A DNA stretch of 63,931 nucleotides, counting the filler, from Deltaproteobacteria bacterium (GTDB taxonomy: Bacteria; CG2-30-53-67), in assembly GCA_013151235.1 (NCBI GenBank). It is 5 parts of 5 records of this genome, joined end to end, with 100 filler letters (N's around TTAATTAATTAA, not from the genome) between each part and the next. Parts side by side here need not be neighbours in the genome. Positions count along the whole stretch, not along the records: positions 18,426 to 49,761 come from JAADIO010000038.1; 4 more parts are not named here. The stretch is one strand, 5' to 3'. This document shows, one piece after another, positions 36,712-47,725 of this stretch (positions are counted from its first letter, which is position 1; each line of letters opens with the position of its first letter). A program made the position numbers and the translations under genes. Below the pieces are notes generated by a model that saw only the letters and a program-made list of their open reading frames with translations, searched no databases and was not told the origin of the DNA.

Positions 36712-37899
36712 TCAATCATTCGATCCTTTTACGGTCCTTTCTTCCACAGGGGGAAAGGTGAGAATCACCTCCGTTCCCTCTCCCTCCCGGCTGAGAATCT
36801 CCACGTCTCCTCCATGCTCCTTCATCACCTGGTGACAGATCGTCAACCCCAACCCCACCCCTTCACCCGGTTCCCGCGTCGTAAAAAAGGGGTCGAAAAG
36901 TCGATCAAGGTTCTCCTCAGGAATTCCGATACCATTGTCACACACCCGCAACTGCACCCCCTGCTTGCCTTCACCGACCGCATGGGCACGGGTAGCAATC
37001 TCGATCCTTCCCCCTTCCGGTATGGATTGGAGGGCATTGAGCAAAAGATTGAGGAGAACCTGCTTGATCTTCTGGATGTCGATTCGGACCGGGGGAAGTC
37101 CCGGATCTTCTCTGATCTTCACCGTTACTCTTCGCTTTTCCGACTCTTTCCGGGTGAGATCGATCATCGACCGGACCACTTCACCAAGAGGGGCCTCGGA
37201 GAAAACCGACATTGTGGGAGCGGCCAGGTTCACTAATTCAGAAATCAGCCTCCGGATCCGGAGGATCTCCTCCAAGCTGAGATTGCGAAAACGCTCCCAG
37301 AATTCCCGATCGACCGTCTCCGGACCGGAGAGAGGAAGCTCACTGATTTTCTGAGGGACCATCTCTAAAAAGGTCTGAATCGAGACGAGGGGGTTCCGGA
37401 TCTCATGAGCGATCCCCGCGGCCAGGGTCCCCAGGGCGGAAAGCTTGTTGGCCCGGGCCATCTTTTTCAGGGTCTCGATCTGTTCCCGGTGGAGCCGGTC
37501 CCGTTCGGAGACCAGATGAAAGTGCTCAATCCCGCGGGTCAGGACCATCTGAAGGTCCTGGATCTCCCATGGTTTCAGCAGATAGGTATAGAGTACCCCT
37601 GCATGGATCCCGTCCGCCAGAACATCGAGATCCGAATAGGCGGTCACAAGGAGGAGGACCATCTCGGGATGACGGCTGTGGACTTCCTGAAAAAACTCCA
37701 TTCCCGTCATGCCGGGCATTCTCTGGTCGGAAATGACGAGCGCAATAAACTCCTTTTCCAGCAGATCAAGACCCTCGTACCCACTTTTGGCGGTATAGAT
37801 GGTAAAGTCATCCTGAAAATTGATGGCAAAGATTTCGAGGTTCTCCTCTTCGTCATCGACAAAGAGGATGGGGTATTTTTTATAATCAATCCGTTCCAA
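36712..37899 (-). CDS. Hybrid REC-histidine kinase (cytoplasmic)
   Basis: ILFVDDE, ISDQRMP, AHEIRNPL, NALQS and GVGLGL. Probable TTG start at 37899 after GGAGG. Confidence 0.9.
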   Translation of the reverse strand: MERIDYKKYPILFVDDEEENLEIFAINFQDDFTIYTAKSGYEGLDLLEKEFIALVISDQRMPGMTGMEFFQEVHSRHPEMVLLLVTAYSDLDVLADGIHAGVLYTYLLKPWEIQDLQMVLTRGIEHFHLVSERDRLHREQIETLKKMARANKLSALGTLAAGIAHEIRNPLVSIQTFLEMVPQKISELPLSGPETVDREFWERFRNLSLEEILRIRRLISELVNLAAPTMSVFSEAPLGEVVRSMIDLTRKESEKRRVTVKIREDPGLPPVRIDIQKIKQVLLNLLLNALQSIPEGGRIEIATRAHAVGEGKQGVQLRVCDNGIGIPEENLDRLFDPFFTTREPGEGVGLGLTICHQVMKEHGGDVEILSREGEGTEVILTFPPVEERTVKGSND

Positions 37900-40150
37900 G
37901 AACTCCTCCTTCCGAAGCTCCTTCCGCTTTCGCCGGGCAACCCCCAACGGGCAGGATGACCGTCACTTCCGTTCCATTCCCGACCTCACTCGCAAGAGCA
38001 ATGCGCCCGCCGTGATTCTCAACAATTCGCCGGCAAATCCCCAGCCCCAGCCCTGTTCCCTCTCCGCTTTTTTTGGTCGTATAGAAAGGCTCAAAGACCC
38101 TCGGAAGATCCTCCGGCCGGATTCCGGCGCCGTCATCCCGAATGCAGACCGAGACGGCATCCTCCCCTTTCGGTGCTTTTTCGATGGTAATCCGGATATT
38201 GCCGGAGCCCCGGATCGCCTGAACAGCATTGTGCAGCAGATTCAGGAAGAGCTGGTTCAACTGATCCGGATGTCCCATGATCCGGTTCCGGAAACGGTTT
38301 TCCGTGCGAACAGCGATTCGTCCGGCCATCTCATGATGCAAAATGGTGAGCGCCGAACGGAGGGGAGATTCCGGCAGAATCGGCTCCAGTTCCTCCGGAC
38401 GTCTGCAGGCAAACTGTTTCAGATGAGAGATCAGACGGTGGGTCCGCTGAAGACCACGGGAAATGATCTTCATGATCCGCTCCGAGTCAACAATCGCCTC
38501 GAGCAATCTCGCGGCTCTCTCTTCCTTCTCCCCGGGACTCCCCTCCGCGGAAGCACACCCCCGGGAGAGTGCGTGAATTTTACGGAGCTTCTTCTCAAGG
38601 GCGGCCGTTCCGTTATAGGCGAAATTGACCGGGTTGTTGATCTCGTGGGCAAGGCCGGTAAAGAGAACCCCGAGGGAAGACATCTTCTCGGTATGAATTA
38701 ACTGTGCCTGGGCCTCCCGGAGTTCCCGGAGGGACTCTTTGAGCTTTTGCGTCCGTTCTTCCACCTTTTTTTCCAGATCAAGATTCATCTCCTCAATCGT
38801 TGCCAGGGTCCGGGCGTTCTCAATGGCCACAGCCACGGTGTTCGCCAAACTCTCCATCAGGCTCAAATCATGTTGCGTGATCAGACTGCCCGATCGGACC
38901 TTGTCGGCAGCGATCACCCCCAAAAGCGACCCCTTGCTCACGAGAGGAGCGACAACATATTCACGGGTCCCGGTCAGCTCGGAGATCTTCCGCCCCAGAT
39001 CCGAAGCCTGTTCTCCCGCCAGAAATTCGGCGGTCACGATCGTGGCCTGCTGCCTGCGGAGGACCTCTTCCGCGAGGGATGAGTTGAAATGAACGGGAAC
39101 GGAGAGATTCCGGACGGCCTCCGTCAGTGCGGCATCCCCGTAGCTCCTGCCCTTCTGCAGGAAGGCCCCTGCCGAATCGGTCAGAAAAACTACAGACCGG
39201 TCAAACCCGAGCCGTTCTACCACCATCTTCAGGAGAATATCCAGAAGGTCCTCCATATGGAGAGTCCCTGTAACGGCCTGGCTGATTTCGTGCAGGGTGC
39301 GGACCCCGTCATTGGCCTTCTGGAGATTCAGATACTTGGCCTCAATTACCTTGACCGACTCCTCCAGCGCCTCGGTCTGCTCTTTGTAATGGTGGAGGAC
39401 TCCCCGAAAATCAAAGACACGACCGACAAGATAGGAAGAAAAGAGAAGAAGAAACGGCCCCGGAAGACCGGGGCGGATAATGTTCATTCGGTCATTTACA
39501 AAAAGAATCCCGATGGCGGCCATCAGACCGAGGAACCCGTAAAAACGCCGGGGACGGTTCAGCCAGGAAAGTTCCACCCGGCAGGCTTCATCCCCGCGGG
39601 CCTGACAGCGGCTCTCCCTGACCTTCCCCAACGGCATGCCGAAGGCCCTGGGGATCCCGGCCAACTGCCCCATCCGGCTTTCACAGCAAACCCGATCGAT
39701 CGGGTAGCCCTCCCTCATCCGGATACGGATGGTCGCCCGGTTCTTCTGAAGCTCAAGGATCTCCCACTCCGCCCCCTTGTTGAAATGGGGAACCAGCTCA
39801 GCGACCTTCCGCAGGACCATCCGGACATTGCCCAGGGCATAGGTAATGTAATAGAAAAACCCCCAGGACTTCTTGTCCCAGGACCGGGTTCCGGCAATAT
39901 AAGGAGACCTCGGGTCCCCGGTCACCTCGACAAGGTTCTTCAGAAGGTTACAGTAGTAAGACCACGAGACCCAGTTGTGGTGGTCCTGAAGATAATCAAG
40001 CGAGAGCCCTGTTTTGCGGATCAGTTCCTCCAGCGCCTTCCGACCGTAAACCCCATCCATGTAAACCAGGATGCTGTTCAGGGCACGGCAACTGAACTCG
40101 CTTTTGACCATGGATTCGTCGAAGCGGTATGACTCTCGGCAGGATTCCAT
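37886..40150 (-). CDS. Histidine kinase with N-terminal V4R/HNOB-like domain, two TMs and GAF
   Basis: The N-terminal ~185 aa end in CCESRMGQLAGIP...ESRCQARGDEACRVELSW. Two TMs, GAF (VVAPLVSKGSLLGVI...LANTVAVAIENA), AHEINNPVNF and GTGLGL. Confidence 0.85.
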   Translation of the reverse strand: MESCRESYRFDESMVKSEFSCRALNSILVYMDGVYGRKALEELIRKTGLSLDYLQDHHNWVSWSYYCNLLKNLVEVTGDPRSPYIAGTRSWDKKSWGFFYYITYALGNVRMVLRKVAELVPHFNKGAEWEILELQKNRATIRIRMREGYPIDRVCCESRMGQLAGIPRAFGMPLGKVRESRCQARGDEACRVELSWLNRPRRFYGFLGLMAAIGILFVNDRMNIIRPGLPGPFLLLFSSYLVGRVFDFRGVLHHYKEQTEALEESVKVIEAKYLNLQKANDGVRTLHEISQAVTGTLHMEDLLDILLKMVVERLGFDRSVVFLTDSAGAFLQKGRSYGDAALTEAVRNLSVPVHFNSSLAEEVLRRQQATIVTAEFLAGEQASDLGRKISELTGTREYVVAPLVSKGSLLGVIAADKVRSGSLITQHDLSLMESLANTVAVAIENARTLATIEEMNLDLEKKVEERTQKLKESLRELREAQAQLIHTEKMSSLGVLFTGLAHEINNPVNFAYNGTAALEKKLRKIHALSRGCASAEGSPGEKEERAARLLEAIVDSERIMKIISRGLQRTHRLISHLKQFACRRPEELEPILPESPLRSALTILHHEMAGRIAVRTENRFRNRIMGHPDQLNQLFLNLLHNAVQAIRGSGNIRITIEKAPKGEDAVSVCIRDDGAGIRPEDLPRVFEPFYTTKKSGEGTGLGLGICRRIVENHGGRIALASEVGNGTEVTVILPVGGCPAKAEGASEGGVLGTD

Positions 40151-40319
40151 TGCTCCTCATTCCAATGAACCTTTGCGGCAGGAAGCACCAACAATCTCAT
40201 TAGTAGTTTACAGACCGCTAACTCTTCGGTGCAAGATTGTAAACAATCAAAGGCAGGATTACAAGCAAGATCCGAATCCCGAAGCAAAAGACAGGCAAGA
40301 TCGGGTGCGAGACCCTTCC

Positions 40320-42200
40320 TCAACGCCCCAGGACACTCCGGAGGACCTCGCTCATCTCCGCCAACCGGTAGGGTTTCAGCAGAATCCCCTGAAAGCCATA
40401 GTCTTGATATTGAGACAGAATGGGATCATCGGAATAACCGCTCGACACGATCGTCTTCACCCCCGGATCAATCCGCCGAAGACAATCCTGAGTCTCCCTG
40501 CCCCCCATTCCGCCGGGGATCGTCAGGTCCATGATCACCGCGGCAAAAGGCCGTCCCTCCTGAAGCCCCTTCCGGAAAAGAGCAACCGCCTCCCCACCGT
40601 CTTTCGCATAGACGACTTCAAACCCCATCTTCGACAGCATGTTTCCGGCGACATCCAGTACGAAGGCTTCATCATCCATCACGAGGATACGCCCCCGGCC
40701 GGTCCACTCCCGCTCCTTCCGGTCCCGGACGGTACGGGCATGTTTCGATGACGCGGGGAGGTACACTTTAAACGTCGCACCTTCTCCCTCAACGGAATCG
40801 ACTGTAACACAACCGCCGTGCCGGTGAATAATTGAGTAAACGGAGGCCAGTCCGAGACCGCTCCCCTGCTCGCGGGTACTAAAATACGGATCGAAAATCC
40901 GGTGAAGATCCTTTCCGGCAATCCCAAGCCCCTCGTCCGTCACAATGATTTGTATATAACGGCCCGGCGCAAGATCTCCAGGAGCTTCCGTGACATTGGA
41001 GGCACCGACACGGATACAGCCCCCCTCCGGCATGGCCTGCACCGCATTGAGAGCCAGATTATTCATGACCTGTCCGATCTGATCCACATCAACATCGGCA
41101 AACCACAGATCCCCGGCAACGGAGAATTCCGCCTTTACATTCGTGCCGGTCAGGGCGAATTCTACGGCGTCACGGATAACCTGTTTAAGAGAGGCCGTTC
41201 GCTTCGCCGGTTTGCTGCCGCGGGCAAAAGTCAGCAGTTGCCGGGTTAATCCCTTGGCCTGCAGGGATGCTTTCTCCGCTTTTTCCGCCCGTTCAAAAAT
41301 CAACGTTCCCGGTTGGCTCTCTTTTTTGAGGATATTTATGTTTCCCAGGATCGCCGTAAGGAGGTTGTTAAAGTCATGAGCAATCCCCCCGGCCAGGACC
41401 CCCAGGGACTCCAGTTTCCCGATTCGCTGCTGCTCCTCCTCCATCCGCTTCCGTTCCGTGATATCCATGATGGTGATAAGGAGTTTGCCATCCTGCGATA
41501 CCTCCGGCGGAACCGACAGGGAGAGATAAACCTCCCGTCTTTCCCCCTGAAGGGTCTGCATAACAGCGTCCGCGGAAAAGGCCTTGCGCCCTTCGGCCAA
41601 GGCAATGAGGATCTCTTCAAAAACGGAAAATGATTCAGGCGTAAAGACCTTTTGAGGGGAACCGAGTAGCTCTGCCTTGTTCTCGGCACCGTAAAGGGCA
41701 AGGGTTGCAGGGTTGACATCAAGAACCTTCGTCTTCTCAACCGCTTCCCGGACCCGCTCCGGATGTCCCCGGAACCAGGCACGAAAATCCGTCACCCCCT
41801 CTGCCTTCAACCGATCCAGCCCCTCCAGCACTTCATGGAAATCTTCCTCCCAAATGGAGACGGTTGCCAAATTGAAGATATTCCTGTATCTTCGCTCCGA
41901 CGCTTTCAGCTTTTCCCGGGAACACTCCATGGAGCGGAACAGAGGGCCGATGAGAGCCACACCGAATACCATACAAAGGGCACTCAACAGGGTCACCCAC
42001 TCCGTTCGCAAATCCATCGGGGGCCGTCCACCGATGAGCAGGAAAAAGTAGGAAACCGTGTGACGGAGGGCCATCAGAAGAATGGCCAGGGAAATAAAGC
42101 CCCAGGACCTGCGACTCCCGGAAACCCGGATCAACCGGAAAGCCAGAAAGGCCGCAAGATACTGGAAGGAAACCGCAAGCAGCAATACCGGATCGGTCAT
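40320..42200 (-). CDS. Membrane PAS hybrid histidine kinase with C-terminal REC (CckA-like architecture)
   Basis: Three N-terminal TMs, PAS (SIWEEDF...DVNPATL), AHDFNNLL, GSGLGL and REC (ILVMDDE, IMDLTIP). Confidence 0.9.
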   Translation of the reverse strand: MTDPVLLLAVSFQYLAAFLAFRLIRVSGSRRSWGFISLAILLMALRHTVSYFFLLIGGRPPMDLRTEWVTLLSALCMVFGVALIGPLFRSMECSREKLKASERRYRNIFNLATVSIWEEDFHEVLEGLDRLKAEGVTDFRAWFRGHPERVREAVEKTKVLDVNPATLALYGAENKAELLGSPQKVFTPESFSVFEEILIALAEGRKAFSADAVMQTLQGERREVYLSLSVPPEVSQDGKLLITIMDITERKRMEEEQQRIGKLESLGVLAGGIAHDFNNLLTAILGNINILKKESQPGTLIFERAEKAEKASLQAKGLTRQLLTFARGSKPAKRTASLKQVIRDAVEFALTGTNVKAEFSVAGDLWFADVDVDQIGQVMNNLALNAVQAMPEGGCIRVGASNVTEAPGDLAPGRYIQIIVTDEGLGIAGKDLHRIFDPYFSTREQGSGLGLASVYSIIHRHGGCVTVDSVEGEGATFKVYLPASSKHARTVRDRKEREWTGRGRILVMDDEAFVLDVAGNMLSKMGFEVVYAKDGGEAVALFRKGLQEGRPFAAVIMDLTIPGGMGGRETQDCLRRIDPGVKTIVSSGYSDDPILSQYQDYGFQGILLKPYRLAEMSEVLRSVLGR

Positions 42201-42268
42201 CAAACCTCCTGACAGGGGGAAATTCGGAACGGTTTCAGCTTAACATTTTTTGATGGAAATTCAAGCAG

Positions 42269-44131
42269 ATGATCCAGGTTCAGGGTTTAAAAAAAGAGTA
42301 CGGCGGCCGGCCCCTTTTTGAAGAGGTTTCCTTTACCGTGGAACCCGGGGAACGGATCGGTCTGGTCGGAAGAAACGGACACGGCAAGACCACCCTCTTT
42401 CGGCTGCTTCTGGGAAAAGAACACCCCGACGAAGGGACGATCCGGATTCCGAAAGGGTACACCTTGGGGCATCTTTCCCAGAAGATCCTTTTTCGCGAAA
42501 AGACCGTTTTGGCGGAAGGATGCCGGGGACTTCAGGCCTCCGAAGAGGGACAGGATGAAACCTACCGGGTCGAAGCCATTCTGACCGGTCTCGGTTTTTC
42601 TTCTGAAGATTTCCGGCGCCGCCCTTCGGAATTGTCCGGCGGGTATCAGGTCCGCCTCAACCTCGCGAAAGTTCTCGTGTCGGAGCCGAACCTTCTGCTT
42701 CTCGACGAACCGACGAATTATCTCGATATTGTTTCCATGCGCTGGCTCACCCGCTTCCTCCTGAACTGGAAGAACGAGCTGATCCTCATCACCCACGACC
42801 GGGAGTTCATGGACCGGATCACGACCCATACCCTGGGAATCCATCGGGGACGGGTCCGGAAGATTCGAGGGAGTACGCACAAGCTATACGAGCAAATTCT
42901 CCAGGAAGAAGAGGTCTACGAGCAGACCCGCCGAAACGACGAGAAGAAACGGACGGAACTGGAGCTGTTTATCCGGCGCTTCCGGGCAAAGGCAAGCAAG
43001 GCCCGGGCGGTGCAGTCCAGAATCAAGTCCCTGGAACGGGAAGGGCAAAAAGCAGGGCTTCAAAAAATCGAAAACCTGAACTTTACTTTTCCCTTCGCAC
43101 CCTTTTCCGGAAAATGGCCGATGGAAGTGACGGACCTCGCTTTCTCCTTCCCTCCGGACGGCCCTCCCCTCATCAAGGACCTGACGTTCTGGGTCGGCCC
43201 GCGCGACCGGATCGGCGTCATCGGGAGGAACGGACAGGGGAAGACAACTTTCCTGAATCTCCTGGCAGGGGAACTTTCACCAACCGCAGGAAAGATGATC
43301 CGCCATCGGAATGTGAGAATTTCTTACTTCGGCCAGACCAACGTCGACCGTCTCTCGCCCGACCGCACGGTGGAGGAAGAAATCCTCCTGTCCCACCCGG
43401 CCGTGGACCGGAAACGGGCCCGGAACATCTGCGGCGCCATGATGTTCGGAGGAGACCTTGCCCTCAAGAAGATCGGCGTCCTCTCCGGCGGGGAGAAAAG
43501 CCGGGTCCTTTTAGGGAGGCTCCTCGTCCGGCCGGCGAATCTTCTCCTTCTCGACGAACCGACAAACCATCTCGACATGGAATCGACGGAATCCCTTCTG
43601 GCCGCCGTCGACACCTTCCCGGGAGCGGTCATTTTCGTCACGCACAGCGAAATGATTCTCCATGCCCTGGCCACCCGGCTCATCATCTTCGACGCCGACC
43701 GAACCACCCTCTTTGAAGGGACCTACCAGGACTTCCTCGAACGGGTCGGCTGGAAGGAAGAACGGGTGGAACCTTCTGAAAAAGAGAAGAAGGAAAAGGA
43801 GGAGAATCCCCTGAGCCGCAAAGAAATGCGGCGGATGCGGGCCGGGATTATCGCAGAGAAATCAAAGACCCTCGGCACATTGAACAACCGGATCGAGAAA
43901 GTGGAGGCGCAAATCGCCCATTGCGAGTCTGAAGAAAAGGAAAGCTCCCAGGCCCTCCTTGTCGCCTCGGAGCAGGGAGACGGTACAGTGATCGCTGAAG
44001 AGAGTCAGCGTCTTCGCGAGGCGCAGGAGAAGCTCACCGCCCTCTTTAAGGAGTGGGAGGCCCTGACGGAGGAGCGGGAGGAAAAACTGAAAGAGTTCGA
44101 CAGGCGCCTCAAAGAGGTTGAACCAAACTAA
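42269..44131 (+). CDS. ABC-F family ATP-binding protein
   Basis: Two ABC domains (GRNGHGKT/LSGG/LLLDEPTN; GRNGQGKT/LSGGE/LLLDEPTNHLD), no TMs, C-terminal coiled coil. Confidence 0.93.
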   Translation: MIQVQGLKKEYGGRPLFEEVSFTVEPGERIGLVGRNGHGKTTLFRLLLGKEHPDEGTIRIPKGYTLGHLSQKILFREKTVLAEGCRGLQASEEGQDETYRVEAILTGLGFSSEDFRRRPSELSGGYQVRLNLAKVLVSEPNLLLLDEPTNYLDIVSMRWLTRFLLNWKNELILITHDREFMDRITTHTLGIHRGRVRKIRGSTHKLYEQILQEEEVYEQTRRNDEKKRTELELFIRRFRAKASKARAVQSRIKSLEREGQKAGLQKIENLNFTFPFAPFSGKWPMEVTDLAFSFPPDGPPLIKDLTFWVGPRDRIGVIGRNGQGKTTFLNLLAGELSPTAGKMIRHRNVRISYFGQTNVDRLSPDRTVEEEILLSHPAVDRKRARNICGAMMFGGDLALKKIGVLSGGEKSRVLLGRLLVRPANLLLLDEPTNHLDMESTESLLAAVDTFPGAVIFVTHSEMILHALATRLIIFDADRTTLFEGTYQDFLERVGWKEERVEPSEKEKKEKEENPLSRKEMRRMRAGIIAEKSKTLGTLNNRIEKVEAQIAHCESEEKESSQALLVASEQGDGTVIAEESQRLREAQEKLTALFKEWEALTEEREEKLKEFDRRLKEVEPN

Positions 44132-44174
44132 CAAACTTTTTGCAAAACCGTCAGCCTTCCTTCTATAGATCCCA

Positions 44175-44300
44175 TACGGCAAAGCAAAAAGCTCCGGATG
44201 CAAGGCGCGAAGATTTTGAGGAGTGAGGCGTACTTTTCGTACGCCGCAGCGAACGCAAAATCCGATAAACGCAGCAGACGGACTTTTTGCGAAGCCGTCA
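44175..44300. mobile_element. MITE-like element between convergent genes
   Basis: Ends TACGGCAAAGCAAAAAGCTC / GACTTTTTGCGAAGCCGTCA; core GCGTAC-tttc-GTACGC-type hairpin. An extra right-end copy (AACTTTTTGCAAAACCGTCA) lies at 44134-44153. Confidence 0.72.
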
Positions 44301-46109
44301 GCCCCGGGCGGATCTTTTCGCCCTCTTCTGCCCCGAAAGAATCTTCTTCCGCAGCCGCATGGCGCCGGGTGTCACCTCTAACAGTTCATCCTCTCCGATA
44401 AATTCGAGACACTCCTCCAGGCTCAGGGTCTTCGGCGGGACGAGCTGCAACGCCTCATCGGCGGCGGCGGCCCGGATATTGGTCAGCTTCTTCTCCCGCG
44501 TCACATTCACATCGAGATCATTTTCCCGGGAATGTTCCCCGACGATCATCCCTTCGTAGACCTCGGTTCGTTCCCGGATGAAGAGAGTCCCCCGCGGCTG
44601 AAGATGAAAGAGGGCATAGGGGGTCGCTTTCCCGGCCCGGTCCGCAACGAGCGTCCCCGTGTTCCGCTTGGTCATTGCCCCGTGCCACGGCTCGTATCCG
44701 TCAAAGAGGTGATTCACAAGTCCCGTTCCCCGGGTCTCCGTCATGAACTGGGAGCGGAACCCGATCAGTCCCCGTGACGGGATCCGGAATTCCAGCCGCA
44801 CACGGCCGTGACCGTTATTCTGCATCTTCAGCATTTTCCCTTTCTTGACCCCCACCTGCTGTGTCACCGCTCCGACAAACTCCTCGGGGACGTCGACGAT
44901 AAGAAGTTCCATCGGCTCATGGAGTACCCCGTCCACCTCCCGGGTGATGATCTCCGGCATGGAAACGGAGAGTTCGTATCCCTCCCTCCGCATCATCTCA
45001 ATCAGGATCGCCAGTTGCAATTCTCCCCGGCCCATCACTTTGAAGGCGTCCGGCTGTGAAAAATCGACCCGGATCGAAACGTTGTAGAGCAGCTCCTTTT
45101 CCAGCCGTTCCCGCAGATGACGGGAGGTCACATAGGTCCCTTCCCGCCCGGCAAAGGGAGAGGTGTTCACGGCAAAGACCATGGACAGCGTCGGCTCGTC
45201 CACATGGATCCCGGGGAGGGGGGAGGGGTTCTCGGCATCGGTGATGGTGTCCCCGATGCCGATTCCTTCGATCCCCGAGAGGGAGACAATCTCACCCACG
45301 GATGCCTGTTCCGCCTCCGTCCGTTTCAGTCCTTCAAAGGTAAAGATCGACGTGACGCGGGTTTTGACGATCTCCCCTTCGGCATGGACCATGGCCACCG
45401 TATCTCCGACCCGGACGGTCCCGGACATAACTCGCCCGATGGCCAGACGACCCACGTAGTCACTGTAGTCGAGGTTCGTGATCAACAGTTGCAGGGGGGC
45501 CGCCGGATCTCCTTCGGGAGCGGGGATCGTTTCAAGAATCAGTTCGAAGAGCGGTCTCAGATCAACCGCCTTTTCCTCCATCTCCCGCCGTGCCTCCCCC
45601 TGCCGGGCATTGGTATAGACGATGGGAAAGTCGAGCTGCTCTTCCGTGGCATCAAGATCGATGAACAGGTCATAGACCTCATCCAGGACCTCCCCGATCC
45701 GTTCGTCGGGACGGTCGATCTTGTTGATCACAAGAATCGGCGGGAGTTTCAGTTCCAGGGCCTTCTGCAAGACAAACCGGGTCTGCGGCAAAGGCCCCTC
45801 CGAGGCATCGACCAGGAGGAGCACACCGTCGACCATCTTCAGGGTCCGTTCCACCTCGCCGCCGAAGTCGGCATGACCGGGGGTGTCGACGATATTAATC
45901 TTGACCCCTTCGTATTGAACGGCGGTATTTTTCGCAAGGATGGTAATTCCCCGTTCCCGTTCCAGGTCGATACTGTCCATGACACGCTCTTTCACCTCTT
46001 CGTTTGCACGAAACGTCCCCGACTGCTTCAACATCCCGTCGACGAGCGTGGTCTTTCCATGGTCGACATGTGCAATAATGGCGATATTCCGGATCTCTTC
46101 CCGTTTCAT
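44298..46109 (-). CDS. typA: Translational GTPase TypA/BipA
   Basis: [52 protein letters not shown] and KKLTNIRA. Confidence 0.97.
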   Translation of the reverse strand: MKREEIRNIAIIAHVDHGKTTLVDGMLKQSGTFRANEEVKERVMDSIDLERERGITILAKNTAVQYEGVKINIVDTPGHADFGGEVERTLKMVDGVLLLVDASEGPLPQTRFVLQKALELKLPPILVINKIDRPDERIGEVLDEVYDLFIDLDATEEQLDFPIVYTNARQGEARREMEEKAVDLRPLFELILETIPAPEGDPAAPLQLLITNLDYSDYVGRLAIGRVMSGTVRVGDTVAMVHAEGEIVKTRVTSIFTFEGLKRTEAEQASVGEIVSLSGIEGIGIGDTITDAENPSPLPGIHVDEPTLSMVFAVNTSPFAGREGTYVTSRHLRERLEKELLYNVSIRVDFSQPDAFKVMGRGELQLAILIEMMRREGYELSVSMPEIITREVDGVLHEPMELLIVDVPEEFVGAVTQQVGVKKGKMLKMQNNGHGRVRLEFRIPSRGLIGFRSQFMTETRGTGLVNHLFDGYEPWHGAMTKRNTGTLVADRAGKATPYALFHLQPRGTLFIRERTEVYEGMIVGEHSRENDLDVNVTREKKLTNIRAAAADEALQLVPPKTLSLEECLEFIGEDELLEVTPGAMRLRKKILSGQKRAKRSARG

Positions 46110-47725
46110 AATTCTTTCCCCATAAGTTCCCATAACCGACCGATTCGGTCACGATAGTTTTGGATTTCCTTCTCCGGATCGAGTTCCGGTTTTGCTTTAC
46201 CCAATGCCTTCGCGATCTCCGGCAGAAGATCAAGTCCGGCCCCGTCGGCATATTCCAGGTCCAACCTTCTCCACATGAGGTCCTCCAGCCGTTCCGCCTG
46301 ATCTTCCTGAATCGCCGATTCGATCTCTCCCCGCAGCAGTGTCCCGCCGATCACCTCCATCGCCGCTTCCCGACCGGAAAGATCTCCTGCCCGTGATCCG
46401 AGACGGGCAACGGCCCGATCAAGGATGGACGGAGAGATCCCTCTTCTCTCCCCTTCCTTCCGGAAGGAAGCCTCGGCTTCCGACAAACCGACCGCCCCCG
46501 GCAACGGCAGGTCACGGAAGGGCCGGGGAGAAGAAACCCCGACGATCGGAGCCGCCTTTTTGATCCCCTCGAAGACGGTCCAGGCGGCGGTGGTAAACTT
46601 CCCGCCGACCAGGCTCAGGATCGAACCGTTTCGAATCCAGAGGTGTTTCCTGGAAAGGCACACCGTCCCCTTCCGGCTCCCCCGCAACGGAAGGGTCCGG
46701 ACGCCGGCAAAGACATAGTGAAGTCTTTCCCGATTCAGACCACTCCCGGGCAGGTCACGCTCCAGACGATGGAGGACCTCCTCGATCTCGTCTTTCATCG
46801 GGAAGGGATCCTGCGAAACCGGGGCCTGAATTTCCCGCTCCGTCGTCCCCACCAGGGTCCCCGCAAAATGGGGCCAGACAAAATAGTACCGGGCCTTTCC
46901 CTCCATGGGAAGGAAAAGGGCGGGACCGTTCCAGGGACGGCGAAAGAGGAGATGGGTCCCCTGACTGTAACGGATTTTCCGGGACAACGGAGCGGAAAGC
47001 GTTCCACAGGCCTCCGCCACCCAGGGGCCGGCACAGTTCACCACCACGGCGGCTTCTGTCTCGTACGATTTCCCGGAAATCCGGTCGGCCCATTCCACCC
47101 TGACCTTACCCCCTCCCGTCTGCTTCACCTGCCGGACCTCGGCATAGTTGAAACAGAGCGCCCCCTGACGACGGGCGGAGAGGATGTTCTCCAGGACCAG
47201 CCGGGCATCATTCATCAGCCCGTCGTAATAGATAAAGGCGCCTTTGAGAACGCGATTCTCAAAAAGAGGAATCCGCTGCTGCCGGGCCGGAACCCATCGG
47301 TGCCGACGTTCCTGCTTCCGGACAAAAAGATCGTAAAGCCTTAAACCCACGGCCAGCTTCCAACGCAGGAGATGCTCCCCCTTCGGCACGGGAATCATGA
47401 ACTCCCGGGGCTTGACCAGGTGGGGAGCCGAAACGAATAGGCCTTCCCGGGCCCGGATCCCCTCAAAGACCTGCTGAAAGTCAAACATCTCCAGGTACCG
47501 AAGTCCTCCGTGGGCCATCTTGGAGGAGCGGCTCGAGGTAGCCGAAGCATAATCGTCCCGCTCCAGGAGGATCGTCTTCCAACCGTTCAGGGCGGCCAGA
47601 CGGGCAAAGGCGGCGCCATGAATGCCGCCGCCGATCACCAGGAGGTTGCAAGAGGGCTCCCGCAACAGCAAGTCGAGATCTTCTTCGCGGCGGATACCGA
47701 AGAGCTCTCTTTCTGGCATCGCCAT
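46106..47725 (-). CDS. glpD: FAD-dependent glycerol-3-phosphate dehydrogenase/oxidase
   Basis: [44 protein letters not shown] and GGKFTT. Confidence 0.88.
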   Translation of the reverse strand: MAMPERELFGIRREEDLDLLLREPSCNLLVIGGGIHGAAFARLAALNGWKTILLERDDYASATSSRSSKMAHGGLRYLEMFDFQQVFEGIRAREGLFVSAPHLVKPREFMIPVPKGEHLLRWKLAVGLRLYDLFVRKQERRHRWVPARQQRIPLFENRVLKGAFIYYDGLMNDARLVLENILSARRQGALCFNYAEVRQVKQTGGGKVRVEWADRISGKSYETEAAVVVNCAGPWVAEACGTLSAPLSRKIRYSQGTHLLFRRPWNGPALFLPMEGKARYYFVWPHFAGTLVGTTEREIQAPVSQDPFPMKDEIEEVLHRLERDLPGSGLNRERLHYVFAGVRTLPLRGSRKGTVCLSRKHLWIRNGSILSLVGGKFTTAAWTVFEGIKKAAPIVGVSSPRPFRDLPLPGAVGLSEAEASFRKEGERRGISPSILDRAVARLGSRAGDLSGREAAMEVIGGTLLRGEIESAIQEDQAERLEDLMWRRLDLEYADGAGLDLLPEIAKALGKAKPELDPEKEIQNYRDRIGRLWELMGKEL

